DNA of 45,729 bases from Candidatus Zixiibacteriota bacterium (GCA_041742355.1 JBGSIV010000300.1:1-45729); one strand, 5' to 3'. Positions 10,780-20,217 are shown, counted from the first letter of the stretch. The notes: generated by a model not told the origin, from the letters alone. Made by a program: numbers and translations.

Positions 10780-10883
10780 GCCCTCCAATTGAGATCGTTC
10801 GCAGGCTTAGCGCCACGGCCCCCGACTGCTCTTGCGCAGTAACAGAGGCTCCGGCCGAATACCTTCTGCAGTACTACGCCCGC

Positions 10884-11369
10884 TCACGCCCTCGTATTCA
10901 ACCGTTGCGCAAGCTTCAGTACGATTTCCCACTCCTTCTTCCGCACCGGCTGGATCGAGAGCCGCGAACCGCGTTTCGTGACTTCCATTTCCTCCAACCC
11001 CGGAGTGCCCTTCAGCACCGCGAGCGGAAGCACCTCGGGGAACCGCTCCAGAAACCGCACATCGACCAGGTACCAGATCGGATTCTCCTTTGAGGCCTTC
11101 GGATCAAAGTGCTCCCCGTGAGGATCCAGCGCCGTGTGATCGGGATATCCGGCCCGAACAACTTCGGCCAGTCCGGCCACACCGGGCACCGGCGGGCCGC
11201 TGTGGTAAAAGAGGACGCCGTCGCCGACCCGGATCTCATCGCGAAGGTAGTTCCGCGCCTGGTAGTTCCGCACACCGTCCCAGGACGCCACCCCGCCCGG
11301 GGAACGGGCCAGGTCATCGATTGAGAAGCAGGCCGGCTCCGTTTTCATCAGCCAGAATCGGCGAGGCAT
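10884..11369 (-). CDS. EVE domain protein (Thy28-like)
   Basis: FWLMKTEP..FSIDDL...WDGVRNYQARN.LRD...GD.VLFYHS...RLSIQPV. Confidence 0.92.
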   Translation of the reverse strand: MPRRFWLMKTEPACFSIDDLARSPGGVASWDGVRNYQARNYLRDEIRVGDGVLFYHSGPPVPGVAGLAEVVRAGYPDHTALDPHGEHFDPKASKENPIWYLVDVRFLERFPEVLPLAVLKGTPGLEEMEVTKRGSRLSIQPVRKKEWEIVLKLAQRLNTRA

Positions 11370-11478
11370 ACATTTTCTCCTTCCGCCCTCGTTGTTTGTG
11401 CGTATCTTTGTAGTAGAGCAAGGTCACCTTGAGCCATCATCCCGGGCAATCAACCGCATGGAAGGGTTCTAATATAGT

Positions 11479-12144
11479 ATGACGGATCAGCCGCTAACCG
11501 AAGAAAAATTCGCATACCTGCGTACGCGCATGGTAGACGACCAGATCGTCCGCCGGGGCATCACCGACCCGGATGTCATCGACGCGATGCGGACCGTCCC
11601 GCGCCACCTCTTCATTCCCGAGAAGTACCGCAGCGAGGCGTACAAGGACGGGCCGGTGCCGATCGGCGCAGGACAGACGATTTCCCAACCTTTCATCGTC
11701 GCCTCCATGACCGAGGAACTAGAAATCGACTCCACGAGCAAAGTCCTCGAGATCGGCACGGGCTGCGGCTACCAGACGGCTGTCCTAGCCGAGATTGCCG
11801 ACCACGTCTTTTCGATCGAGTTCGTGCCCGAGCTCTATCGTATGGCCACCGAGACGCTCCGCCGTCTTCACTACGATCAGGTGCAGCTGCGTCTTGGCGA
11901 CGGAAGCCGGGGGTGGATCGAGGAGGCTCCATTTGACGCCGTCATTGTCACCGCCGCCGCGCCCCAGGTTCCCCGCCACCTCGTCGATCAACTCGCGGTT
12001 GGTGGTCGCATGATTCTGCCGGTCGAGACTGGCCTCGGCCGCCAGGAACTCGTCCGCGTCCTCCGGACTCTCGAATCCGTCAAGGAGTCAGTCCTGTATG
12101 AGGTCCGCTTCGTCCCCATGCAGGGTGAGATAGAAGGGAAATGA
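11479..12144 (+). CDS. pcm: Protein-L-isoaspartate O-methyltransferase
   Basis: VPRHLF, GQTISQP, VLEIGTGCGYQTAVLA, APFDAVIVTAA, VRFVPM. Confidence 0.95.
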   Translation: MTDQPLTEEKFAYLRTRMVDDQIVRRGITDPDVIDAMRTVPRHLFIPEKYRSEAYKDGPVPIGAGQTISQPFIVASMTEELEIDSTSKVLEIGTGCGYQTAVLAEIADHVFSIEFVPELYRMATETLRRLHYDQVQLRLGDGSRGWIEEAPFDAVIVTAAAPQVPRHLVDQLAVGGRMILPVETGLGRQELVRVLRTLESVKESVLYEVRFVPMQGEIEGK

Positions 12145-12167
12145 CAGCATAGGCCGCACGCACATCC

Positions 12168-12821
12168 ATGACCTCAATTTACTGCATCAGCGGGCTCGGC
12201 GCCACGCGGCGGCTCTTTGACTACCTGGAGGTTCCCGGGCACGAGGTCCATCCCCTTGACTGGATAGAGCCAGCCGAGCGAGAGTCGATCAAGTCCTACG
12301 CGGCACGCATGGCCAAGGGGATTCCCGGCAACTCTCCCTGCATTCTCCTCGGCGTCTCCTTCGGCGGGGTGGTCGCCCTTGAGGTAGCCGACATTGTCCA
12401 CCCCGAGTTGGTCATCCTGGTGTCCAGCGTTCGTGACCGGAGCCAGCTTCCATGGTACCTCCGCCTCATCGGGCGCCTGCGCCTTCACCGCCTCATTCCC
12501 GCAGCGGTCATCAAATTCTCGGGGCCGCTCGTCCGCTACTTCAACGGTGCGACCACGCCGAGATCCTCGGATTCGATCCGCCGAGACCTGGCCGACATCA
12601 GCTTCGCCCACGTTGCCTGGGCGATCGACCAGATTCTCCGGTGGCCGGGTAAGTCCATCGGCCAGGACACTCTTCATATCCATGGCTCCGCCGATCGAAT
12701 CCTGCCGGTGCGCTATGTTCGGCCCGATGCGGTCGTTCCCGGCGGCCCGCACATCATGATTGTAACGCGCGCCGAAGAGGTCGGTCGGATCATCTCCGAG
12801 CACCTTCGCACGCGTTGCTGA
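12168..12821 (+). CDS. Alpha/beta hydrolase
   Basis: SGLGA oxyanion loop, GVSFGG nucleophile elbow, HIHGSAD, GGPH. Confidence 0.8.
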   Translation: MTSIYCISGLGATRRLFDYLEVPGHEVHPLDWIEPAERESIKSYAARMAKGIPGNSPCILLGVSFGGVVALEVADIVHPELVILVSSVRDRSQLPWYLRLIGRLRLHRLIPAAVIKFSGPLVRYFNGATTPRSSDSIRRDLADISFAHVAWAIDQILRWPGKSIGQDTLHIHGSADRILPVRYVRPDAVVPGGPHIMIVTRAEEVGRIISEHLRTRC

Positions 12822-12925
12822 GCCGGTCATCTCGTCACCCCTCAATCGTAAAGGTTCGCCTCCCCGCAGCCGATATACCTACAGGAACCGGATCGCACAG
12901 TAAACGAACAGACGGGTGACATTGG

Positions 12926-13648
12926 ATGAACCACCGGATCGACATCATTCAGAAGACTATCGACCACCTCGGCGCGCGCACCTACCTAGAGATCGGTGTT
13001 GCCGGGGCCAGCACGTTTCTTGCGATCAATGCCGGTCACAAAGTTGGGGTCGACCCCAAGAAGCCGAGCCGCCCGCTCCGCGAGGCCCTAATCCCCGGCA
13101 GGCTCGACAACTACCAGATGACGAGCGACGCCTTTTTTGCGGAGATCGCCCCGATTATCTTTGCCGACCACCCTATCGATGTCGCGTTCGTCGACGGTCT
13201 CCACGAGTGGCGGCAGGCGGTGCGCGATGTCGAGAACGTCCTGCGGTTTCTCGGCGACCCCGGCGTGATCATCATGCACGACTGCAATCCCACCGACGAA
13301 CTGGTTGCCACGCCGTGGGCTGAACTCGAGCGCCTCCGCAGCGAGGGGACATGGCCCGGCGGGAGCTGGTGCGGGGACACGTTCAAGGCGGTCGTGTGGC
13401 TGCGCGCCATGCGGCCGGACCTGCGCGTCTTCGTGCTCGACTGTGACTGGGGACTGGGCATCATAACCCGCGGCGCTCCCGAGAGCCGCCTTGTGCTCTC
13501 CCCCGATCGGATAGAGTCGCTGACGTACGCTGACCTTGAAGCTCAACGCGAGCTGCTACTCAATCTGAAAGACCCCTCATACCTTGCACCGTTTCTGCGG
13601 CGCGAATTCCCGCTGGCGGCCCGAACTGTGACGGCTTACTGCTGTTGA
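12926..13648 (+). CDS. Class I SAM-dependent methyltransferase (Methyltransf_24-like)
   Basis: YLEIGV..G, GVDP, TSDAFF, AFVDGLH, GVIIMHDCNP. Confidence 0.8.
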   Translation: MNHRIDIIQKTIDHLGARTYLEIGVAGASTFLAINAGHKVGVDPKKPSRPLREALIPGRLDNYQMTSDAFFAEIAPIIFADHPIDVAFVDGLHEWRQAVRDVENVLRFLGDPGVIIMHDCNPTDELVATPWAELERLRSEGTWPGGSWCGDTFKAVVWLRAMRPDLRVFVLDCDWGLGIITRGAPESRLVLSPDRIESLTYADLEAQRELLLNLKDPSYLAPFLRREFPLAARTVTAYCC

Positions 13649-13669
13649 TTCAGCTGCCTGTCTTCCCGC

Positions 13670-14845
13670 TCAGTACACCAGCCGACAAATCCACGCCGTG
13701 ATGACCCCGGCCGGCGTTCCGATCGCGTAGCCTAACAGCGCCAGCAGTATTGATACAGGCACGAGCGCCGGACGGTGGTGTGCCGCGACAATAGGGGCCG
13801 AAGCCGCCGCTCCGATATTGGCCGCGGAGGCAATGGCGGCCGTGTGTACGTCGACGCGGAACAGCCGCGCAGCCGCTACCACAGCCGCGCCGTGGATGAA
13901 GATCCAGATATACGCTCCCAGCAGGAACCACATCACCGAGGCATTCAGGTTCGACAGATCCGCCTTCGCTCCCATGCGCGCCACGAACAGGTACACCAGC
14001 GCCATCGCCACCGCGTGAGTCGATGGCACCTTCCTCGCCCCGGTGAACGACAGGAGAATACCGAACACGGTCACCAGGAGGATCTTGTAGGTGCTCGTGG
14101 TCAGGATCGGCGGGTATTCCGGAATGTACCCGGCCAGCCATGACCCCATCGCCGCCCCGGCGAACCCGAAGAAGAGGATATACAGGAAGTGCCGCATTTC
14201 GGGCTTTCCCTTGTCCAGGGATACCTCTGCCGCCGCCCGGTCCAGTTGCTCCATTCGATCGGCCGGCATGCGGGTGAACTTGTTGAACGCTTTGGCGAAA
14301 TTCTTTGACCCCAGCATGATCGGCAGCCAAATCAGGTACACGGCGTTGTCGGCAATCACCGCATAACCGAAGTCGAGGGAGCTCTCGTCGAGCCCGATCG
14401 CATACGCGACCGCGAGCATATTGCCGGTCCCCCCGATCCAGCTTCCCGACAACGCGCCGAATCCCTTCCAGGTCTCCGGCCCGAGACCGTGCTTGACCAG
14501 CAGCAGCGCGAGCGGCGCACCGATCATCACGCCCACCGTCCCCGCCAGCATGACAAATACACCCCGCCCCATCACCCGCACTGTCGCTCGCAGATCGACA
14601 TCCACCAGCATGATGATCAGGAACATCGGGAGCACGATGTCCCCCATGAAGTCGTATACCGGCGACTTGCTGGGAATGATACCGGTGTTCGACAGGACTA
14701 CCGGGATCACATAGATGAATATCAGCGGCGGCAGGTAGTTGAACAGCGGCCACTGCGTTCGCCTGGCCAACCAGAAGAAGAACGATGTCACGGCGGCGAG
14801 AACGGCCAGCACACCGGCCGGCGTGGAAATGAGAACATCGGTCAT
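13670..14845 (-). CDS. DUF819 family membrane protein
   Basis: Multiple TM helices with the 'GSWIGGTGNM' and 'AS.ANIG..ASAPIVA' motifs of DUF819. Confidence 0.85.
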   Translation of the reverse strand: MTDVLISTPAGVLAVLAAVTSFFFWLARRTQWPLFNYLPPLIFIYVIPVVLSNTGIIPSKSPVYDFMGDIVLPMFLIIMLVDVDLRATVRVMGRGVFVMLAGTVGVMIGAPLALLLVKHGLGPETWKGFGALSGSWIGGTGNMLAVAYAIGLDESSLDFGYAVIADNAVYLIWLPIMLGSKNFAKAFNKFTRMPADRMEQLDRAAAEVSLDKGKPEMRHFLYILFFGFAGAAMGSWLAGYIPEYPPILTTSTYKILLVTVFGILLSFTGARKVPSTHAVAMALVYLFVARMGAKADLSNLNASVMWFLLGAYIWIFIHGAAVVAAARLFRVDVHTAAIASAANIGAAASAPIVAAHHRPALVPVSILLALLGYAIGTPAGVITAWICRLVY

Positions 14846-14967
14846 GCCGGATCCTGCTCCCTGGATGAGGTACGTCTTTTCCGAAGGTAGAAGGCCCCGC
14901 CTTTCAAATCCAGCAAATTCGCGTCGAAACAGGTGTCCGGTGGGCCGGAATTGTATATATTCCGCCG

Positions 14968-15486
14968 ATGACTGCCTCGCTCCGGCTGAAGGAGAACTAC
15001 ACGCTTGCCCGGTGCTGTCACCCCGATGCCAGTGACGGGATTATCGGGTATTACAGCCACGACAACGTGCTCCGGGTTCACCGGATGGACTGCCCTAATC
15101 TCGCCAAGGCCGAGCCGGAGCGGCTGGTGAACCTCAGTTGGAACGAGATCCTCGATCGGGCCGTTCCTTTCACGCCGGACGAGGGCTGGGCGGAGCTGGA
15201 GGACGGTGACTTTGCTGTCCTGGCCCACCATGAGCGCTTCGGGGTGGACTACTCGCTTTTGGTCGCCCGCAAACTGGGCATCCCGAAAACCGAGGCGTTC
15301 GCGCGCCATGCGAAGTTGCGCTCCCTCGGCCTTCTGACCCGGGTCGAGCCGACGATGATCCAGTATCGGAAAGGGATTGTCGACGGCACGTGGATCAAGC
15401 ACCGGAATCATACGTACTACGCCCTGACAGAAGAGGGCCGGGCGTGCCTTCGTCACCGGCGGGAGGCTTCCGGAAATGATCTGTGA
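14968..15486 (+). CDS. Fusion of a RelA/SpoT-type zinc-finger (RIS/ZFD) domain and a DUF2250-like winged-helix domain
   Basis: N-terminal 'LARCCHP...DGIIGYYS....RVHRMDCPNL...PERLVNLSW'. C-terminal 'VDYSLLVARKLGIP...L..LGLL.RV...KHRNHTYYALTEEG'. Confidence 0.7.
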   Translation: MTASLRLKENYTLARCCHPDASDGIIGYYSHDNVLRVHRMDCPNLAKAEPERLVNLSWNEILDRAVPFTPDEGWAELEDGDFAVLAHHERFGVDYSLLVARKLGIPKTEAFARHAKLRSLGLLTRVEPTMIQYRKGIVDGTWIKHRNHTYYALTEEGRACLRHRREASGNDL

Positions 15487-15667
15487 AGAGCCTCGTTGAC
15501 CTCCGACCGGGCGCGATTGTGGCGACAAAAGTCCCGTTCGCACGGGAACATATCAGGAATTCGCACCGTATTAAGCGTAACAGGTGCAGATTGCAAGCTG
15601 GAACCATGTCTGATTGATGCCGAAATTACCCAATTCTTACCTTTCTTTATTTACCTGAGGAGTTTTC

Positions 15668-18352
15668 ATGCGCGCGAAACTACTAGGAATCGCCGTTCTG
15701 AGCCTCGCCGTGCTGGCGGGAAGTGTCACCGATGCCCAGGCCGGACGGCGTGTCCGGGTTTTCGGTGAGAAGAGCTCACCCGCCGCCAAGGAAGCCCAGG
15801 CGAAACCGGGCAAGCAGGGTGAAAAGCCGTACACCGAACTGATCAAGGACAAAGTCAAGGTCGAAGGGCTCTTCACCTTTTACCGCGACACCACTGACAA
15901 TTCCTGGCTCATGTCGATCAAGCCCGACCAGTTCGGGCCGATCTATCTCTGCGGCCAGACCCGGTCGGCCGCCGAGGGCGCCTTCTTTGACAACGGGTCG
16001 ATGGGCGAGTCCTTCCCGTTCTACTTCCGGCGGGTGGGCAAGAACATCCACATGATGGAAAAGAACCTGCGCATCCAGGCCGACACGGCCAGCTCCTCCC
16101 ACAAGGCTGTCCAGAAGGGTATCTCCGATCACCTGTGGGCGTCCGCGGCCGTGAAGTCGCTGCCGCAGGATTCCACCGGCGAAATCCTTGTCGATGTCTG
16201 CGATCTCTTCCTGCAGGACGCTCAGAACCTCAGCTACTTCCTCGGTCAGGCTGCCCAGATGGGTGTGCGATTTGACTCGAAGAACAGCTACTGCGAGAAC
16301 ATCAAGTCGTTCCCGCAGAACTCCGAGATGGATGTCCGGTTGCACTACGCGACGTCCAAGCCGATCGATGCGGAGACGATGCAGAATCCGTACAGCATGT
16401 TCCACACGATCCACTATTCGCTGTCCGCACTGCCGGAAACGGACTACGTCCCCCGTCTGGCCGATGACCGGGTCGGGTATTTCATGACCATGTACATGGA
16501 CTACACCGACATGGACAACTACAGCCCGTATGTGCGGTATATCAACCGCTGGAACTTGAAGAAGAAGAATCCCGAGGCCCGCATTTCTGAGCCGGTCGAG
16601 CCGATCGTGTTCTATGTCGAGAACACCTGGCCCGAAGAGTACCGCGACGCCGTGGCCGAGGGCATCGAGTTCTGGAACAAGGCCTACGAACGTATCGGCT
16701 ACCGCAACGCGATCATCGCGAAGCAGATGCCCGACACCGCGGACTGGGATCCGGCCGACGTGCGGTTTAACACCGTTCGCTGGATGGTTATGCCGGGCGG
16801 CGGCTACGCCGTGGGCCCGAGCCGCGCCAACCCGTTCACCGGCCAGATCTACGACGCCGACATCCGGGTCTCGGCCGACTTCCTCCGCTACATGTTCAAC
16901 AACATGGAGTACTTCATCAAGCCGGTGTCCTTTGACGGCAGTTTCCCGGAGGAAGAGAATCCGCTCGCCGAGTACAACAAGCACCACGATGTGAATCACT
17001 ACGGGTGCAACTACGCTGAAGAATCCGCTCTCGAGGCCGCGACCGGCCTGACGTTTATTTTGAGCGGGGTCGATGACCTCGCCAACAAGGACGCCCTCAC
17101 GAAGGAGTACGTCCACGCGTACATAGTAGAGCTCGTCGCGCACGAAGTGGGACACACGCTCGGCTTCCGCCACAACTACAAAGCGTCGGCAATCTACACG
17201 CTGGAGCAGCTCCAGAATCCCGAGTTCACCAAGGTTCACAGCACCAGCGGCACAGTCATGGACTACTGCCCGCCGAACATCGCCGGCCCCGGCCAGAAGC
17301 AGGGCGAGTTCTACGCCTCCACGCCCGGCCCGTATGACTACTGGGTGATCGAGTACGGCTACGCCGACTACGGCGCCACGACACCGCAGGAGGAATGGGC
17401 CGAGCTGCAGAAGGTGGCCGGTCGCGCCGCCGACCCGACGCTGGCTTACGGCACCGATGAGGACGCCTTCGGCACCAGCACCCGCGGTATCGACCCGCAG
17501 TGCCTCACGTTCGATCACGGCAACGACGGCGTCAAGTTCTGCGAGCACCGCCTGAGCCTGACCAAGCATCTCTGGCTGAACACGATCAAGAATTTCGAGC
17601 GCGACGGCGAGGGGTACCAGACGGTCCTCCGGGCGTTCTCGACCGGCTGGCGGGCCTATTTCGAGGCCGCCGGATTCGTCTCCCGCTACATCGGCGGTAT
17701 CTACCACAACCGCTATCATGTGGGTGACACGACCGGCGTGACGCCGTTTACGCCTGTGCCGGCCGCCGAACAGCGCCGCGCGATGGACTTCCTGAAGAAG
17801 CACGTATTCGCCGCCGATGCGTTCGACCTTCCGGCCGAACTGGTCAACAAGCTGCAGCCGGAACGGCACTGGGACTTCAGCGGCGCCGTATTCAGCATGC
17901 CGCAGATCGACTATCCGCTGCACGAGTCCTGGCTGGCCGTGCAGAACTCCACCTTGAACCGGCTGTATGACCCGATCCTGCTCGGGCGCCTCCGCAACAA
18001 CGTGGAGCGTTACGCACCGTCCGACGACAAGTACACGATGTACGATATGTTCACCGACGTGCGCCAGACGGTCTGGAGCGAGATGGCCAACACGCAGAAC
18101 GTGAACAGCTATCGCCGTCAGCTCCAGCTGCTCCACCTGAAGCGGCTGACCCAGATCTACCTGAGTGAGTCGGCGGCTTTCCCGGCCGACGCGCGCACGC
18201 TGGCCGCCAACGACCTGGACATTCTCGAGGGCTCGGCCAAGCGCGCGCTGGGAGCAGGGTCGCTCGACGGCATGTCGCAGGCCCACTACAAAGAGGTCCT
18301 GCGCCAGATCGAGGCCGCCAAGAACGCGCAGAAGGAGTACTCCCGGATGTAG
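15668..18352 (+). CDS. Secreted zinc-dependent metalloprotease (Met-zincin, DUF5117/DUF4953 EcxA-like)
   Basis: Signal peptide, 'PRLADDRVGYF', 'NPFTGQIYDADI', HEVGHTLGFRHN (HExxHxxGxxH) and Met-turn 'TVMDY'. Confidence 0.9.
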   Translation: MRAKLLGIAVLSLAVLAGSVTDAQAGRRVRVFGEKSSPAAKEAQAKPGKQGEKPYTELIKDKVKVEGLFTFYRDTTDNSWLMSIKPDQFGPIYLCGQTRSAAEGAFFDNGSMGESFPFYFRRVGKNIHMMEKNLRIQADTASSSHKAVQKGISDHLWASAAVKSLPQDSTGEILVDVCDLFLQDAQNLSYFLGQAAQMGVRFDSKNSYCENIKSFPQNSEMDVRLHYATSKPIDAETMQNPYSMFHTIHYSLSALPETDYVPRLADDRVGYFMTMYMDYTDMDNYSPYVRYINRWNLKKKNPEARISEPVEPIVFYVENTWPEEYRDAVAEGIEFWNKAYERIGYRNAIIAKQMPDTADWDPADVRFNTVRWMVMPGGGYAVGPSRANPFTGQIYDADIRVSADFLRYMFNNMEYFIKPVSFDGSFPEEENPLAEYNKHHDVNHYGCNYAEESALEAATGLTFILSGVDDLANKDALTKEYVHAYIVELVAHEVGHTLGFRHNYKASAIYTLEQLQNPEFTKVHSTSGTVMDYCPPNIAGPGQKQGEFYASTPGPYDYWVIEYGYADYGATTPQEEWAELQKVAGRAADPTLAYGTDEDAFGTSTRGIDPQCLTFDHGNDGVKFCEHRLSLTKHLWLNTIKNFERDGEGYQTVLRAFSTGWRAYFEAAGFVSRYIGGIYHNRYHVGDTTGVTPFTPVPAAEQRRAMDFLKKHVFAADAFDLPAELVNKLQPERHWDFSGAVFSMPQIDYPLHESWLAVQNSTLNRLYDPILLGRLRNNVERYAPSDDKYTMYDMFTDVRQTVWSEMANTQNVNSYRRQLQLLHLKRLTQIYLSESAAFPADARTLAANDLDILEGSAKRALGAGSLDGMSQAHYKEVLRQIEAAKNAQKEYSRM

Positions 18353-18387
18353 GCCCTGCTTGCACCTGAAGTACGCTCGTGTATATT

Positions 18388-18422
18388 GGGCGGGAAGTGA
18401 CTGCTTCCCGCCCTTCTTATTT
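18388..18422 (+). terminator. Rho-independent terminator after the metalloprotease gene
   Basis: GGGCGGGAAG-tgactg-CTTCCCGCCC followed by TTCTTATTT. Confidence 0.6.
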
Positions 18423-18435
18423 GAGGAGACGATCG

Positions 18436-19242
18436 ATGGACAACCTGCCGGGCTTTCTTACCACCCATGCTTCCTGCCGCAAGTTCACGGGCGAACCGAT
18501 CACACCGGAGCAGGAGCGCCTGATTGTCGAGACCGCGCGACGCTCCCCTACATCCTCCAATCTCCAGGCCTACTCGATCATAGGTATTCGGGATCAGGCG
18601 ACGAAGGACCGGCTCGCTGTCCTCACCGGCAACCAGGCGCATGTCGCCGAGTCCTCCCTCTTCCTCGTTTTCTGCGCCGACCTTTTCCGCCTCCGTCGGC
18701 TCAACGAACAGCGCGGCTACCCATTCCACGGCGAGGACACGGAGATGTTCATCATCGCGACGGTCGACACCGCGTTGGTGGCCGGCCGCGCCCTGATCGC
18801 GGCGCAGGCGATAGGCCTGGGCGGCGTGATGGTCGGCGCGATCAGGAATCTTCCCGACGAGGTGTGCGATCTCCTCAAGCTGCCCGAACTGGTCTACCCG
18901 GTCATGGGGATGTCGCTGGGTAAACCGGCGGCCGAGCCAAAGCCGAAACCCCGCCTCCCGCTGGATGCCGTCTACTTCCGCGAGGCGTATCTCCGCAGCG
19001 GGTCGCCGGACGATATGCCTGACGAACAACTCCTTGACCGACTCATCGCCGAATACGACGAGACGATGGACCGGCTGGGGTACTTCAAGGTGCGACCAGT
19101 CGAGCCGGAGAACTACCCCGCCTTCGACGGCGCGTATTCCTGGTCCGAGCACACCGCCCGTCGGTTAGCCAGCGGCAACCCGACCACGCGCCGTCTGCAC
19201 ATGCTGGAGTTTCTGCACAGGCGGGGGTGGCTGAGGCGGTGA
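18436..19242 (+). CDS. NADPH-dependent nitroreductase/flavin reductase (NfsA/Frp family)
   Basis: 'THASCRKF', 'SPTSSNLQAYSII', 'FLVFCADL', 'GGVMVGAIRN', 'KPRLP'. GAGGAG RBS before the ATG at 18436. Confidence 0.88.
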   Translation: MDNLPGFLTTHASCRKFTGEPITPEQERLIVETARRSPTSSNLQAYSIIGIRDQATKDRLAVLTGNQAHVAESSLFLVFCADLFRLRRLNEQRGYPFHGEDTEMFIIATVDTALVAGRALIAAQAIGLGGVMVGAIRNLPDEVCDLLKLPELVYPVMGMSLGKPAAEPKPKPRLPLDAVYFREAYLRSGSPDDMPDEQLLDRLIAEYDETMDRLGYFKVRPVEPENYPAFDGAYSWSEHTARRLASGNPTTRRLHMLEFLHRRGWLRR

Positions 19243-19554
19243 TTGGGTTCGTTTGACATGCGGCCGATGTGGACATCGGCCGCACACACCCGCAGGGTCA
19301 CACGCTCCGGGGCGGAGACAAGCCCCGCCCCTGCGCGGGGGCATGAATGGGTTCGTTTGTGCGAATCCCCTGTTCTTGTCGTGACTCTGTACTCGTTCTC
19401 CTTCCTGAGAGTATCTCACCATAAATGGTGAGCCACAAGAATCGGGTTCGTTTGTGCAAGTTTTCGGAGCATGGGTGTTTCTCCCGTCAAGCACCCAAAG
19501 CGGTGCTTGACCTAAAGCCGGAGGAATTGGGTTCGTTTGCGCAAATCCCCTGTT
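19243..19554. repeat. Four direct repeats of GGGTTCGTTTG separated by unrelated hairpin-bearing spacers
   Basis: Copies start at 19245, 19349, 19444 and 19529. Copies 2 and 4 extend to TGGGTTCGTTTG(T/C)GC(G/A)AATCCCCTGTT. Confidence 0.85.
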
Positions 19555-19798
19555 GCTGACCCTCCCTTTGTCGGGCTGCAAGGAGCCTGACCTACGTCCG
19601 CTAACGTCCCGTATCTTCAATGTCAGGACCACGAGGGTCCTGACCTACGAGAAGAGTGCTTGTATCGGGCGGCCCGCATTAGAGCTGGGGGTTACCTGTT
19701 ACCTATCTAAGTGGCACGACCGCTGAAGGGTCGTGCCCTACGTCGTGGTCTACGTCTGACCGGTTCATACACTTCGGGATCCCACAGCAAGCTGTGGG
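19309..19798 (-). repeat. Cluster of GTAG-type REP-like palindromes
   Basis: Hairpins followed directly by CTAC (GTAG on the minus strand) at 19570-19595, 19622-19648 and 19713-19741. Variants at 19309-19334, 19486-19514 and 19781-19798. Confidence 0.7.
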
Positions 19799-20188
19799 CG
19801 ACCCCGTGCAGACCGGACGGGCGCCGCTGTCCGATTACACTCTGTTCTATACTTACCGGGACGTCGAGGCAATCTCCATCACTAGTTCAGTGAAAGTGCG
19901 CGGAATCGAGGGTGAAGCGCTGTCTGTTGGTACGGGTAACTGAATGGAAATTTGGGACTTAAAGATTTCGGTGGCGAGAGAGTAGGTTTTGCAAAGGTAG
20001 CGATTGAGACCTTTGCGCAGTCTTGCCCCGCAGGGTCACACGCACCTCCTCGCAGGGCTCGGAGTCGCGCAAGACCCTGCGGAAGGTACAAGTGCTGATC
20101 AGACCTGCCCGCAGCAGAGCTGCGGGTTACCCGCTCAATCGGGAATGGTAATCCTGGCGGCCCGCAGCAGAGCTGCGGGTTACCTGTT
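19668..20188. repeat. Dispersed palindromic repeat GCCCGCAGCAGAGCTGCGGGTTACC (two exact copies and one degenerate copy)
   Basis: Exact at 20107-20131 and 20160-20184. The copy at 19668-19700 matches 20156-20188 with 3 mismatches in 33 nt. Confidence 0.8.
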
Positions 20189-20217
20189 CTAACGTTCTGG
20201 CTGTTCTGACCTTCGGG

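Noticed and set aside
15776..18286. 836-aa minus-strand ORF
   Set aside because: Antisense shadow of the metalloprotease gene, caused by high-GC codon bias. No recognisable motifs.
19243..19554. CRISPR array
   Set aside because: The conserved core is only 11 nt, the period is irregular (85-104 nt), the spacers are themselves palindromic, and there are no cas genes or leader in the window.
19165..20192. Short ORFs in the repeat-rich intergenic region
   Set aside because: They are translations of hairpin and repeat DNA, with no RBS, coding-like composition or family motifs.
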